The notes below the pieces were generated by a model, which made no database searches, was not told the origin of the DNA, and worked only from the letters and a program-made list of their open reading frames with translations. A stretch of DNA of 64,000 nt from Auanema rhodensis (Eukaryota; Animalia; Nematoda). Positions 12,101 through 26,300 of this stretch are shown here, piece by piece (within the stretch, counting starts at the first letter, position 1; each line of letters begins with the position of its first letter). The stretch covers positions 1,054,001 through 1,118,000 of the forward strand of contig OZ059898.1 in assembly GCA_964057225.1 (NCBI GenBank). The letters run 5' to 3'. Both the position numbers and the translations under genes were made by a program.

Positions 12101-13336
12101 AAATTATTTTGAAATTTTTCGAAACAATTTTTGTCAAAATGTTTTTGGAAGCAATGTTGAGTGTACATGGAAACTCAACATACACTAATGCATCATTTTT
12201 CAAACGATCATAACTAATTTTTGTATTAAGCGTTTCTCAATGTAATATAGTGCATTCGATGCGGATTTTTAAGCTGCGTCGATCTGTGTTATCAGATTTG
12301 CGCTAGCTTAAAAATGCACCGAGATATCGACTGATATAAATTCACACTTATATCCTCGATTTTCACCCTGAAGAATTAATTTTTTCGTTGAATAACATTG
12401 TCCATCGTCTCTGCCTTGAAAAAAGGAATCTAAAAACATCTACTTTTTGCTAAATTATTTTGAAATTTTTCGAAAAAATTTTTGTCAAAATGTTTTTGGA
12501 AGCAATGTTGAGTGTACATGGAAACTCAACATACACTAATGCATCATTTTTCAAACGATCATAACTAATTTTTGTATTAAGCGTTTCTCAATGTAATATA
12601 GTCCATTCGATGCGGATTTTTAAGCTGCGTCGATCTGTGTTATCAGATTTGCGCTAGCTTAAAAATGCACCGAGATATCAACTGATATAAGTTCACACTT
12701 ATATCCTCGATTTTCACCCTGAAGAATTAATTTTTTCGTTGAATAACATTGTCCATCGTCTTTGCCTTGAAAATGGTATCTAAAAACATCTACTTTTTGC
12801 TAAATTATTTTGAAATTTTTTGAAAAAATTTTTGTCAAAATGTTTTTGGAAGCAATGTTGAGTGTACATGGAAACTCAACATACACTAATGCATCATTTT
12901 TCAAACGATCATAACTAATTTTTGTATTAAGCGTTTCTCAATGTAATATAGTGCATTCGATGCGGATTTTTAAGCTGCGTCGATCTGTGTTATCAGATTT
13001 GCGCTAGCTTAAAAATGCACCGAGATATCGACTGATATAAGTTCACACTTATATCCTCGATTTTCACCCTGAAGAATTAATTTTTTCGTTGAATAACATT
13101 GTCCATCGTCTTTGCCTTGAAAAATGGAATCTAAAAACATCTACTTTTTGCTAAATTATTTCGAAATTTTTTGAAAAAATTTTTGTCAAAATGTTTTTGG
13201 AAGCAATGTTGAGTGTACATGGAAACTCAACATACACTAATGCATCATTTTTCAAACGATCATAACTAATTTTTGTATTAAGCGTTTCTTAATGTAGTAT
13301 AGTGCATTCGATGCGGATTTTTAAGCTGCGTCGATC
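9127..13336. repeat. Tandem duplication of a 6-monomer block (2105 bp; M27-32 / M33-38)
   Basis: Same ordered markers in both copies: ATTATTCG; CCTTGAT+GGATTCT; TTGTCTT+GAAACAA; CTCTGCC; 1-bp deletion; TTATTTCG. Confidence 0.9.
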
Positions 13337-15441
13337 TGTGTTATCAGATTTGCGCTAGCTTAAAAATGCACCGAGATATCGACTGATATAAGTTCACACT
13401 TATATCCTCGATTTTCACCCTGAAGAATTAATTTTTTCGTTGAATAACATTATCCATCGTCTTTGCCTTGAAAAATGGAATCTAAAAACATCTACTTTTT
13501 GCTAAATTATCTTGAAATTTTTCGAAAAAATTTTTGTCAAAATGTTTTTGGAAGCAATGTTGAGTGTACATGGAAACTCAACATACACTAATGCATCATT
13601 TTTCAAACGATCATAACTAATTTTTGTATCAAGCGTTTCTCAATGTAGTATAGTGCATTCGATGCGGATTTTTAAGCTGCGTCGATCTGTGTTATCAGAT
13701 TTGCGCTAGCTTAAAAATGCACCGAGATATCAACTGATATAAGTTCACACTTATATCCTCGATTTTCACCCTGAAGAATTAATTTTTTCGTTGAATAACA
13801 TTATCCATCGTCTTTGCCTTGAAAATGGAATCTAAAAACATCTACTTTTTGCTAAATTATCTTGAAATTTTTCGAAAAAATTTTTGTCAAAATGTTTTTG
13901 GAAGCAATGTTGAGTGTACATGGAAACTCAACATACACTAATGCATCATTTTTCAAACGATCATAACTAATTTTTGTATTAAGCGTTTCTCAATGTAATA
14001 TAGTGCATTTGATGCGGATTTTTAAGCTGCGTCGATCTGTGTTATCAGATTTGCGCTAGCTTAAAAATGCACCGAGATATCAACTGATATAAGTTCACAC
14101 TTATATCCTCGATTTTCACCCTGAAGAATTAATGTTTTCGTTGAATAACATTGTCCATCGTCTTTGCCTTGAAAAAAGGAATCTAAAAACATCTACTTTT
14201 TGCTAAATTATTTTGAAATTTTTCGAAAAAATTTTTGTCAAAATGTTTTTGGAAGCAATGTTGAGTGTACATGGAAACTCAACATACACTAATGCATCAT
14301 TTTTCAAACGATCATAACTAATTTTTGTATTAAGCGTTTCTCAATGTAGTATAGTGCATTCGATGCGGATTTTTAAGCTGCGTCGATCTGTGTTATCAGA
14401 TTTGCGCTAGCTTAAAAATGCACCGAGATATCAACTGATATAAGTTCACACTTATATCCTCGATTTTCACCCTGAAGAATTAATTTTTTCGTTGAATAAC
14501 ATTATCCATCGTCTTTGCCTTGAAAAATGGAATCTAAAAACATCTACTTTTTGCTAAATTATCTTGAAATTTTTCGAAAAAATTTTTGTCAAAATGTTTT
14601 TGGAAGCAATGTTGAGTGTACATGGAAACTCAACATACACTAATGCATCATTTTTCAAACGATCATAACTAATTTTTGTATTAAGCGTTTCTCAATGTAA
14701 TATAGTGCATTCGATGCGGATTTTTAAGCTGCGTCGATCTGTGTTATCAGATTTGCGCTAGCTTAAAAATGCACCGAGATATCAACTGATATAAGTTCAC
14801 ACTTATATCCTCGATTTTCACCCTGAAGAATTAATTTTTTCGTTGAATAACATTGTCCATCGTCTTTGCCTTGAAAAAAGGAATCTAAAAACATCTACTT
14901 TTTGCTAAATTATTTTGAAATTTTTTGAAAAAATTTTTGTCAAAATGTTTTTGGAAGCAATGTTGAGTGTACATGGAAACTCAACATACACTAATGCATC
15001 ATTTTTCAAACGATCATAACTAATTTTTGTATTAAGCGTTTCTCAATGTAATATAGTGCATTCGATGCGGATTTTTAAGCTGCGTCGATCTGTGTTATCA
15101 GATTTGCGCTAGCTTAAAAATGCACCGAGATATCGACTGATATAAATTCACACTTATATCCTCGATTTTCACCCTGAAGAATTAATTTTTTCGTTGAATA
15201 ACATTGTCCATCGTCTTTGCCTTGAAAAATGGAATCTAAAAACATCTACTTTTTGCTAAATTATCTTGAAATTTTTCGAAAAAATTTTTGTCAAAATGTT
15301 TTTGGAAGCAATGTTGAGTGTACATGGAAACTCAACATACACTAATGCATCATTTTTCAAACGATCATAACTAATTTTTGTATTAAGCGTTTCTCAATGT
15401 AATATAGTGCATTTGATGCGGATTTTTAAGCTGCGTCGATC

Positions 15442-18400
15442 TGTGTTATCAGATTTGCGCTAGCTTAAAAATGCACCGAGATATCAACTGATATAAGTTC
15501 ACACTTATATCCTCGATTTTCACCCTGAAGAATTAATTTTTTCGTTGAATAACATTGTCCATCGTCTTTGCCTTGAAAAATGGAATCTAAAAACATCTAC
15601 TTTTTGCTAAATTATTTTGAAATTTTTCGAAACAATTTTTGTCAAAATGTTTTTGGAAGCAATGTTGAGTGTACATGGATACTCAACATACACTAATGCA
15701 TCATTTTTCAAACGATCATAACTAATTTTTGTATTAAGCGTTTCTCAATGTAATATAGTGCATTCGATGCGGATTTTTAAGCTGCGTCGATCTGTGTTAT
15801 CAGATTTGCGCTAGCTTAAAAATGCACCGAGATATCGACTGATATAAATTCACACTTATATCCTCGATTTTCACCCTGAAGAATTAATTTTTTCGTTGAA
15901 TAACATTGTCCATCGTCTTTGCCTTGAAAAATGGAATCTAAAAACATCTACTTTTTGCTAAATTATCTTGAAATTTTTCGAAAAAATTTTTGTCAAAATG
16001 TTTTTGGAAGCAATGTTGAGTGTACATGGAAACTCAACATACACTAATGCATCATTTTTCAAACGATCATAACTAATTTTTGTATTAAGCGTTTCTCAAT
16101 GTAATATAGTGCATTCGATGCGGATTTTTAAGCTGCGTCGATCTGTGTTATCAGATTTGCGCTAGCTTAAAAATGCACCGAGATATCAACTGATATAAGT
16201 TCACACTTATATCCTCGATTTTCACCCTGAAGAATTAATTTTTTCGTTGAATAACATTGTCCATCGTTTTTGCCTTGAAAAATGGAATCTAAAAACATCT
16301 ACTTTTTGCTAAATTATCTTGAAATTTTTCGAAAAAATTTTTGTCAAAATGTTTTTGGAAGCAATGTTGAGTGTACATGGAAACTCAACATACACTAATG
16401 CATCATTTTTCAAACGATCATAACTAATTTTTGTATTAAGCGTTTCTCAATGTAATATAGTGCATTCGATGCGGATTTTTAAGCAGCGTCGATCTGTGAT
16501 ATCAGATTTGCGCTAGCTTAAAAATGCACCGAGATATCAACTGATATAAGTTCACACTTATATCCTCGATTTTCACCCTGAAGAATTAATTTTTTCGTTG
16601 AATAACATTGTCCATCGTCTTTGCCTTGAAAAATGGAATCTAAAAACATCTACTTTTTGCTAAATTATTTTGAAATTTTTTGAAAAAATTTTTGTCAAAA
16701 TGTTTTTGGAAGCAATGTTGAGTGTACATGGAAACTCAACATACACTAATGCATCATTTTTCAAACGATCATAACTAATTTTTGTATTAAGCGTTTCTCA
16801 ATGTAGTATAGTGCATTCGATGCGGATTTTTAAGCTGCGTCGATCTGTGTTATCAGATTTGCGCTAGCTTAAAAATGCACCGAGATATCAACTGATATAA
16901 GTTCACACTTATATCCTCGATTTTCACCCTGAAGAATTAATTTTTTCGTTGAATAACATTATCCATCGTTTTTGCCTTGAAAAATGGAATCTAAAAACAT
17001 CTACTTTTTGCTAAATTATCTTGAAATTTTTCGAAAAAATTTTTGTCAAAATGTTTTTGGAAGCAATGTTGAGTGTACATGGAAACTCAACATACACTAA
17101 TGCATCATTTTTCAAACGATCATAACTAATTTTTGTATTAAGCGTTTCTCAATGTAATATAGTGCATTCGATGCGGATTTTTAAGCAGCGTCGATCTGTG
17201 ATATCAGATTTGCGCTAGCTTAAAAATGCACCGAGATATCAACTGATATAAGTTCACACTTATATCCTCGATTTTCACCCTGAAGAATTAATTTTTTCGT
17301 TGAATAACATTGTCCATCGTCTTTGCCTTGAAAAAAGGAATCTAAAAACATCTACTTTTTGCTAAATTATTTTGAAATTTTTCGAAAAAATTTTTGTCAA
17401 AATGTTTTTGGAAGCAATGTTGAGTGTACATGGAAACTCAACATACACTAATGCATCATTTTTCAAACGATCATAACTAATTTTTGTATTAAGCGTTTCT
17501 CAATGTAATATAGTGCATTCGATGCGGATTTTTAAGCTGCGTCGATCTGTGTTATCAGATTTGCGCTAGCTTAAAAATGCACCGAGATATCAACTGATAT
17601 AAGTTCACACTTATATCCTCGATTTTCACCCTGAAGAATTAATTTTTTCGTTGAATAACATTGTCCATCGTCTTTGCCTTGAAAAAAGGAATCTAAAAAC
17701 ATCTACTTTTTGCTAAATTATTTTGAAATTATTCGAAAAAATTTTTGTCAAAATGTTTTTGGAAGCAATGTTGAGTGTACATGGAAACTCAACATACACT
17801 AATGCATCATTTTTCAAACGATCATAACTAATTTTTGTATTAAGCGTTTCTCAATGTAATATAGTGCATTTGATGCGGATTTTTAAGCTGCGTCGATCTG
17901 TGTTATCAGATTTGCGCTAGCTTAAAAATGCACCGAGATATCAACTGATATAAGTTCACACTTATATCCTCGATTTTCACCCTGAAGAATTAATTTTTTC
18001 GTTGAATAACATTGTCCATCGTCTTTGCCTTGAAAAATGGAATCTAAAAACATCTACTTTTTGCTAAATTATTTTGAAATTTTTCGAAACAATTTTTGTC
18101 AAAATGTTTTTGGAAGCAATGTTGAGTGTACATGGATACTCAACATACACTAATGCATCATTTTTCAAACGATCATAACTAATTTTTGTATTAAGCGTTT
18201 CTCAATGTAATATAGTGCATTCGATGCGGATTTTTAAGCTGCGTCGATCTGTGTTATCAGATTTGCGCTAGCTTAAAAATGCACCGAGATATCGACTGAT
18301 ATAAATTCACACTTATATCCTCGATTTTCACCCTGAAGAATTAATTTTTTCGTTGAATAACATTGTCCATCGTCTTTGCCTTGAAAAATGGAATCTAAAA

Positions 18401-20355
18401 ACATCTACTTTTTGCTAAATTATCTTGAAATTTTTCGAAAAAATTTTTGTCAAAATGTTTTTGGAAGCAATGTTGAGTGTACATGGAAACTCAACATACA
18501 CTAATGCATCATTTTTCAAACGATCATAACTAATTTTTGTATTAAGCGTTTCTCAATGTAATATAGTGCATTCGATGCGGATTTTTAAGCTGCGTCGATC
18601 TGTGTTATCAGATTTGCGCTAGCTTAAAAATGCACCGAGATATCAACTGATATAAGTTCACACTTATATCCTCGATTTTCACCCTGAAGAATTAATTTTT
18701 TCGTTGAATAACATTGTCCATCGTTTTTGCCTTGAAAAATGGAATCTAAAAACATCTACTTTTTGCTAAATTATCTTGAAATTTTTCGAAAAAATTTTTG
18801 TCAAAATGTTTTTGGAAGCAATGTTGAGTGTACATGGAAACTCAACATACACTAATGCATCATTTTTCAAACGATCATAACTAATTTTTGTATTAAGCGT
18901 TTCTCAATGTAATATAGTGCATTCGATGCGGATTTTTAAGCAGCGTCGATCTGTGATATCAGATTTGCGCTAGCTTAAAAATGCACCGAGATATCAACTG
19001 ATATAAGTTCACACTTATATCCTCGATTTTCACCCTGAAGAATTAATTTTTTCGTTGAATAACATTGTCCATCGTCTTTGCCTTGAAAAATGGAATCTAA
19101 AAACATCTACTTTTTGCTAAATTATTTTGAAATTTTTTGAAAAAATTTTTGTCAAAATGTTTTTGGAAGCAATGTTGAGTGTACATGGAAACTCAACATA
19201 CACTAATGCATCATTTTTCAAACGATCATAACTAATTTTTGTATTAAGCGTTTCTCAATGTAGTATAGTGCATTCGATGCGGATTTTTAAGCTGCGTCGA
19301 TCTGTGTTATCAGATTTGCGCTAGCTTAAAAATGCACCGAGATATCAACTGATATAAGTTCACACTTATATCCTCGATTTTCACCCTGAAGAATTAATTT
19401 TTTCGTTGAATAACATTATCCATCGTTTTTGCCTTGAAAAATGGAATCTAAAAACATCTACTTTTTGCTAAATTATCTTGAAATTTTTCGAAAAAATTTT
19501 TGTCAAAATGTTTTTGGAAGCAATGTTGAGTGTACATGGAAACTCAACATACACTAATGCATCATTTTTCAAACGATCATAACTAATTTTTGTATTAAGC
19601 GTTTCTCAATGTAATATAGTGCATTCGATGCGGATTTTTAAGCAGCGTCGATCTGTGATATCAGATTTGCGCTAGCTTAAAAATGCACCGAGATATCAAC
19701 TGATATAAGTTCACACTTATATCCTCGATTTTCACCCTGAAGAATTAATTTTTTCGTTGAATAACATTGTCCATCGTCTTTGCCTTGAAAAAAGGAATCT
19801 AAAAACATCTACTTTTTGCTAAATTATTTTGAAATTTTTCGAAAAAATTTTTGTCAAAATGTTTTTGGAAGCAATGTTGAGTGTACATGGAAACTCAACA
19901 TACACTAATGCATCATTTTTCAAACGATCATAACTAATTTTTGTATTAAGCGTTTCTCAATGTAATATAGTGCATTCGATGCGGATTTTTAAGCTGCGTC
20001 GATCTGTGTTATCAGATTTGCGCTAGCTTAAAAATGCACCGAGATATCAACTGATATAAGTTCACACTTATATCCTCGATTTTCACCCTGAAGAATTAAT
20101 TTTTTCGTTGAATAACATTGTCCATCGTCTTTGCCTTGAAAAAAGGAATCTAAAAACATCTACTTTTTGCTAAATTATTTTGAAATTATTCGAAAAAATT
20201 TTTGTCAAAATGTTTTTGGAAGCAATGTTGAGTGTACATGGAAACTCAACATACACTAATGCATCATTTTTCAAACGATCATAACTAATTTTTGTATTAA
20301 GCGTTTCTCAATGTAATATAGTGCATTCGATGCGGATTTTTAAGCTGCGTCGATC
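15442..20355. repeat. Tandem duplication of a 7-monomer block (2457 bp; M45-51 / M52-58)
   Basis: GGATACT marker at 15680 and 18137 (2457 apart), with identical order of the seven monomer types. Confidence 0.9.
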
Positions 20356-23300
20356 TGTGTTATCAGATTTGCGCTAGCTTAAAAATGCACCGAGATATCG
20401 ACTGATATAAATTCACACTTATATCCTCGATTTTCACCCTGAAGAATTAATTTTTTCGTTGAATAACATTGTCCATCGTCTCTGCCTTGAAAAAAGGAAT
20501 CTAAAAACATCTACTTTTTGCTAAATTATTTTGAAATTTTTCGAAAAAATTTTTGTCAAAATGTTTTTGGAAGCAATGTTGAGTGTACATGGAAACTCAA
20601 CATACACTAATGCATCATTTTTCAAACGATCATAACTAATTTTTGTATTAAGCGTTTCTCAATGTAGTATAGTGCATTTGATGCGGATTTTTAAGCTGCG
20701 TCGATCTGTGTTATCAGATTTGCGCTAGCTTAAAAATGCACCGAGATATCGACTGATATAAGTTCACACTTATATCCTCGATTTTCACCCTGAAGAATTA
20801 ATTTTTTCGTTGAATAACATTGTCCATCGTCTTTGCCTTGAAAAATGGAATCTAAAAACATCTACTTTTTGCTAAATTATCTTGAAATTTTTCGAAAAAA
20901 TTTTTGTCAAAATGTTTTTGGAAGCAATGTTGAGTGTACATGGAAACTCAACATACACTAATGCATCATTTTTCAAACGATCATAACTAATTTTTGTATT
21001 AAGCGTTTCTCAATGTAATATAGTGCATTCGATGCGGATTTTTAAGCTGCGTCGATCTGTGTTATCAGATTTGCGCTAGCTTAAAAATGCACCGAGATAT
21101 CGACTGATATAAATTCACACTTATATCCTCGATTTTCACCCTGAAGAATTAATTTTTTCGTTGAATAACATTGTCCATCGTCTTTGCCTTGAAAAATGGA
21201 ATCTAAAAACATCTACTTTTTGCTAAATTATCTTGAAATTTTTCGAAAAAATTTTTGTCAAAATGTTTTTGGAAGCAATGTTGAGTGTACATGGAAACTC
21301 AACATACACTAATGCATCATTTTTCAAACGATCATAACTAATTTTTGTATTAAGCGTTTCTCAATGTAATATAGTGCATTCGATGCGGATTTTTAAGCTG
21401 CGTCGATCTGTGTTATCAGATTTGCGCTAGCTTAAAAATGCACCGAGATATCGACTGATATAAATTCACACTTATATCCTCGATTTTCACCCTGAAGAAT
21501 TAATTTTTTCGTTGAATAACATTGTCCATCGTCTTTGCCTTGAAAAATGGAATCTAAAAACATCTACTTTTTGCTAAATTATCTTGAAATTTTTCGAAAA
21601 AATTTTTGTCAAAATGTTTTTGGAAGCAATGTTGAGTGTACATGGAAACTCAACATACACTAATGCATCATTTTTCAAACGATCATAACTAATTTTTGTA
21701 TTAAGCGTTTCTCAATGTAATATAGTGCATTCGATGCGGATTTTTAAGCTGCGTCGATCTGTGTTATCAGATTTGCGCTAGCTTAAAAATGCACCGAGAT
21801 ATCGACTGATATAAGTTCACACTTATATCCTCGATTTTCACCCTGAAGAATTAATTTTTTCGTTGAATAACATTGTCCATCGTCTTTGCCTTGAAAAATG
21901 GAATCTAAAAACATCTACTTTTTGCTAAATTATTTTGAAATTTTTTGAAAAAATTTTTGTCAAAATGTTTTTGGAAGCAATGTTGAGTGTACATGGAAAC
22001 TCAACATACACTAATGCATCATTTTTCAAACGATCATAACTAATTTTTGTATTAAGCGTTTCTCAATGTAATATAGTGCATTCGATGCGGATTTTTAAGC
22101 TGCGTCGATCTGTGTTATCAGATTTGCGCTAGCTTAAAAATGCACCGAGATATCAACTGATATAAGTTCACACTTATATCCTCGATTTTCACCCTGAAGA
22201 ATTAATTTTTTCGTTGAATAACATTGTCCATCGTTTTTGCCTTGAAAAATGGAATCTAAAAACATCTACTTTTTGCTAAATTATCTTGAAATTTTTCGAA
22301 AAAATTTTTGTCAAAATGTTTTTGGAAGCAATGTTGAGTGTACATGGAAACTCAACATACACTAATGCATCATTTTTCAAACGATCATAACTAATTTTTG
22401 TATTAAGCGTTTCTCAATGTAATATAGTGCATTCGATGCGGATTTTTAAGCAGCGTCGATCTGTGATATCAGATTTGCGCTAGCTTAAAAATGCACCGAG
22501 ATATCAACTGATATAAGTTCACACTTATATCCTCGATTTTCACCCTGAAGAATTAATTTTTTCGTTGAATAACATTGTCCATCGTCTTTGCCTTGAAAAA
22601 TGGAATCTAAAAACATCTACTTTTTGCTAAATTATTTTGAAATTTTTTGAAAAAATTTTTGTCAAAATGTTTTTGGAAGCAATGTTGAGTGTACATGGAA
22701 ACTCAACATACACTAATGCATCATTTTTCAAACGATCATAACTAATTTTTGTATTAAGCGTTTCTCAATGTAGTATAGTGCATTCGATGCGGATTTTTAA
22801 GCTGCGTCGATCTGTGTTATCAGATTTGCGCTAGCTTAAAAATGCACCGAGATATCAACTGATATAAGTTCACACTTATATCCTCGATTTTCACCCTGAA
22901 GAATTAATTTTTTCGTTGAATAACATTGTCCATCGTCTTTGCCTTGAAAAAAGGAATCTAAAAACATCTACTTTTTGCTAAATTATTTTGAAATTTTTCG
23001 AAAAAATTTTTGTCAAAATGTTTTTGGAAGCAATGTTGAGTGTACATGGAAACTCAACATACACTAATGCATCATTTTTCAAACGATCATAACTAATTTT
23101 TGTATTAAGCGTTTCTCAATGTAATATAGTGCATTCGATGCGGATTTTTAAGCTGCGTCGATCTGTGTTATCAGATTTGCGCTAGCTTAAAAATGCACCG
23201 AGATATCGACTGATATAAGTTCACACTTATATCCTCGATTTTCACCCTGAAGAATTAATTTTTTCGTTGAATAACATTGTCCATCGTCTTTGCCTTGAAA

Positions 23301-26300
23301 AATGGAATCTAAAAACATCTACTTTTTGCTAAATTATTTTGAAATTTTTTGAAAAAATTTTTGTCAAAATGTTTTTGGAAGCAATGTTGAGTGTACATGG
23401 AAACTCAACATACACTAATGCATCATTTTTCAAACGATCATAACTAATTTTTGTATTAAGCGTTTCTCAATGTAATATAGTGCATTCGATGCGGATTTTT
23501 AAGCTGCGTCGATCTGTGTTATCAGATTTGCGCTAGCTTAAAAATGCACCGAGATATCAACTGATATAAGTTCACACTTATATCCTCGATTTTCACCCTG
23601 AAGAATTAATTTTTTCGTTGAATAACATTGTCCATCGTTTTTGCCTTGAAAAATGGAATCTAAAAACATCTACTTTTTGCTAAATTATCTTGAAATTTTT
23701 CGAAAAAATTTTTGTCAAAATGTTTTTGGAAGCAATGTTGAGTGTACATGGAAACTCAACATACACTAATGCATCATTTTTCAAACGATCATAACTAATT
23801 TTTGTATTAAGCGTTTCTCAATGTAATATAGTGCATTCGATGCGGATTTTTAAGCAGCGTCGATCTGTGATATCAGATTTGCGCTAGCTTAAAAATGCAC
23901 CGAGATATCAACTGATATAAGTTCACACTTATATCCTCGATTTTCACCCTGAAGAATTAATTTTTTCGTTGAATAACATTGTCCATCGTCTTTGCCTTGA
24001 AAAATGGAATCTAAAAACATCTACTTTTTGCTAAATTATTTTGAAATTTTTTGAAAAAATTTTTGTCAAAATGTTTTTGGAAGCAATGTTGAGTGTACAT
24101 GGAAACTCAACATACACTAATGCATCATTTTTCAAACGATCATAACTAATTTTTGTATTAAGCGTTTCTCAATGTAGTATAGTGCATTCGATGCGGATTT
24201 TTAAGCTGCGTCGATCTGTGTTATCAGATTTGCGCTAGCTTAAAAATGCACCGAGATATCAACTGATATAAGTTCACACTTATATCCTCGATTTTCACCC
24301 TGAAGAATTAATTTTTTCGTTGAATAACATTGTCCATCGTCTTTGCCTTGAAAAAAGGAATCTAAAAACATCTACTTTTTGCTAAATTATTTTGAAATTA
24401 TTCGAAAAAATTTTTGTCAAAATGTTTTTGGAAGCAATGTTGAGTGTACATGGAAACTCAACATACACTAATGCATCATTTTTCAAACGATCATAACTAA
24501 TTTTTGTATTAAGCGTTTCTCAATGTAATATAGTGCATTTGATGCGGATTTTTAAGCTGCGTCGATCTGTGTTATCAGATTTGCGCTAGCTTAAAAATGC
24601 ACCGAGATATCAACTGATATAAGTTCACACTTATATCCTCGATTTTCACCCTGAAGAATTAATTTTTTCGTTGAATAACATTGTCCATCGTCTTTGCCTT
24701 GAAAAATGGAATCTAAAAACATCTACTTTTTGCTAAATTATTTTGAAATTTTTCGAAACAATTTTTGTCAAAATGTTTTTGGAAGCAATGTTGAGTGTAC
24801 ATGGATACTCAACATACACTAATGCATCATTTTTCAAACGATCATAACTAATTTTTGTATTAAGCGTTTCTCAATGTAATATAGTGCATTCGATGCGGAT
24901 TTTTAAGCTGCGTCGATCTGTGTTATCAGATTTGCGCTAGCTTAAAAATGCACCGAGATATCGACTGATATAAATTCACACTTATATCCTCGATTTTCAC
25001 CCTGAAGAATTAATTTTTTCGTTGAATAACATTGTCCATCGTCTTTGCCTTGAAAAATGGAATCTAAAAACATCTACTTTTTGCTAAATTATCTTGAAAT
25101 TTTTCGAAAAAATTTTTGTCAAAATGTTTTTGGAAGCAATGTTGAGTGTACATGGAAACTCAACATACACTAATGCATCATTTTTCAAACGATCATAACT
25201 AATTTTTGTATTAAGCGTTTCTCAATGTAATATAGTGCATTCGATGCGGATTTTTAAGCTGCGTCGATCTGTGTTATCAGATTTGCGCTAGCTTAAAAAT
25301 GCACCGAGATATCAACTGATATAAGTTCACACTTATATCCTCGATTTTCACCCTGAAGAATTAATTTTTTCGTTGAATAACATTGTCCATCGTTTTTGCC
25401 TTGAAAAATGGAATCTAAAAACATCTACTTTTTGCTAAATTATCTTGAAATTTTTCGAAAAAATTTTTGTCAAAATGTTTTTGGAAGCAATGTTGAGTGT
25501 ACATGGAAACTCAACATACACTAATGCATCATTTTTCAAACGATCATAACTAATTTTTGTATTAAGCGTTTCTCAATGTAATATAGTGCATTCGATGCGG
25601 ATTTTTAAGCAGCGTCGATCTGTGATATCAGATTTGCGCTAGCTTAAAAATGCACCGAGATATCAACTGATATAAGTTCACACTTATATCCTCGATTTTC
25701 ACCCTGAAGAATTAATTTTTTCGTTGAATAACATTGTCCATCGTCTTTGCCTTGAAAAATGGAATCTAAAAACATCTACTTTTTGCTAAATTATTTTGAA
25801 ATTTTTTGAAAAAATTTTTGTCAAAATGTTTTTGGAAGCAATGTTGAGTGTACATGGAAACTCAACATACACTAATGCATCATTTTTCAAACGATCATAA
25901 CTAATTTTTGTATTAAGCGTTTCTCAATGTAATATAGTGCATTCGATGCGGATTTTTAAGCTGCGTCGATCTGTGTTATCAGATTTGCGCTAGCTTAAAA
26001 ATGCACCGAGATATCAACTGATATAAGTTCACACTTATATCCTCGATTTTCACCCTGAAGAATTAATTTTTTCGTTGAATAACATTGTCCATCGTTTTTG
26101 CCTTGAAAAATGGAATCTAAAAACATCTACTTTTTGCTAAATTATCTTGAAATTTTTCGAAAAAATTTTTGTCAAAATGTTTTTGGAAGCAATGTTGAGT
26201 GTACATGGAAACTCAACATACACTAATGCATCATTTTTCAAACGATCATAACTAATTTTTGTATTAAGCGTTTCTCAATGTAATATAGTGCATTCGATGC

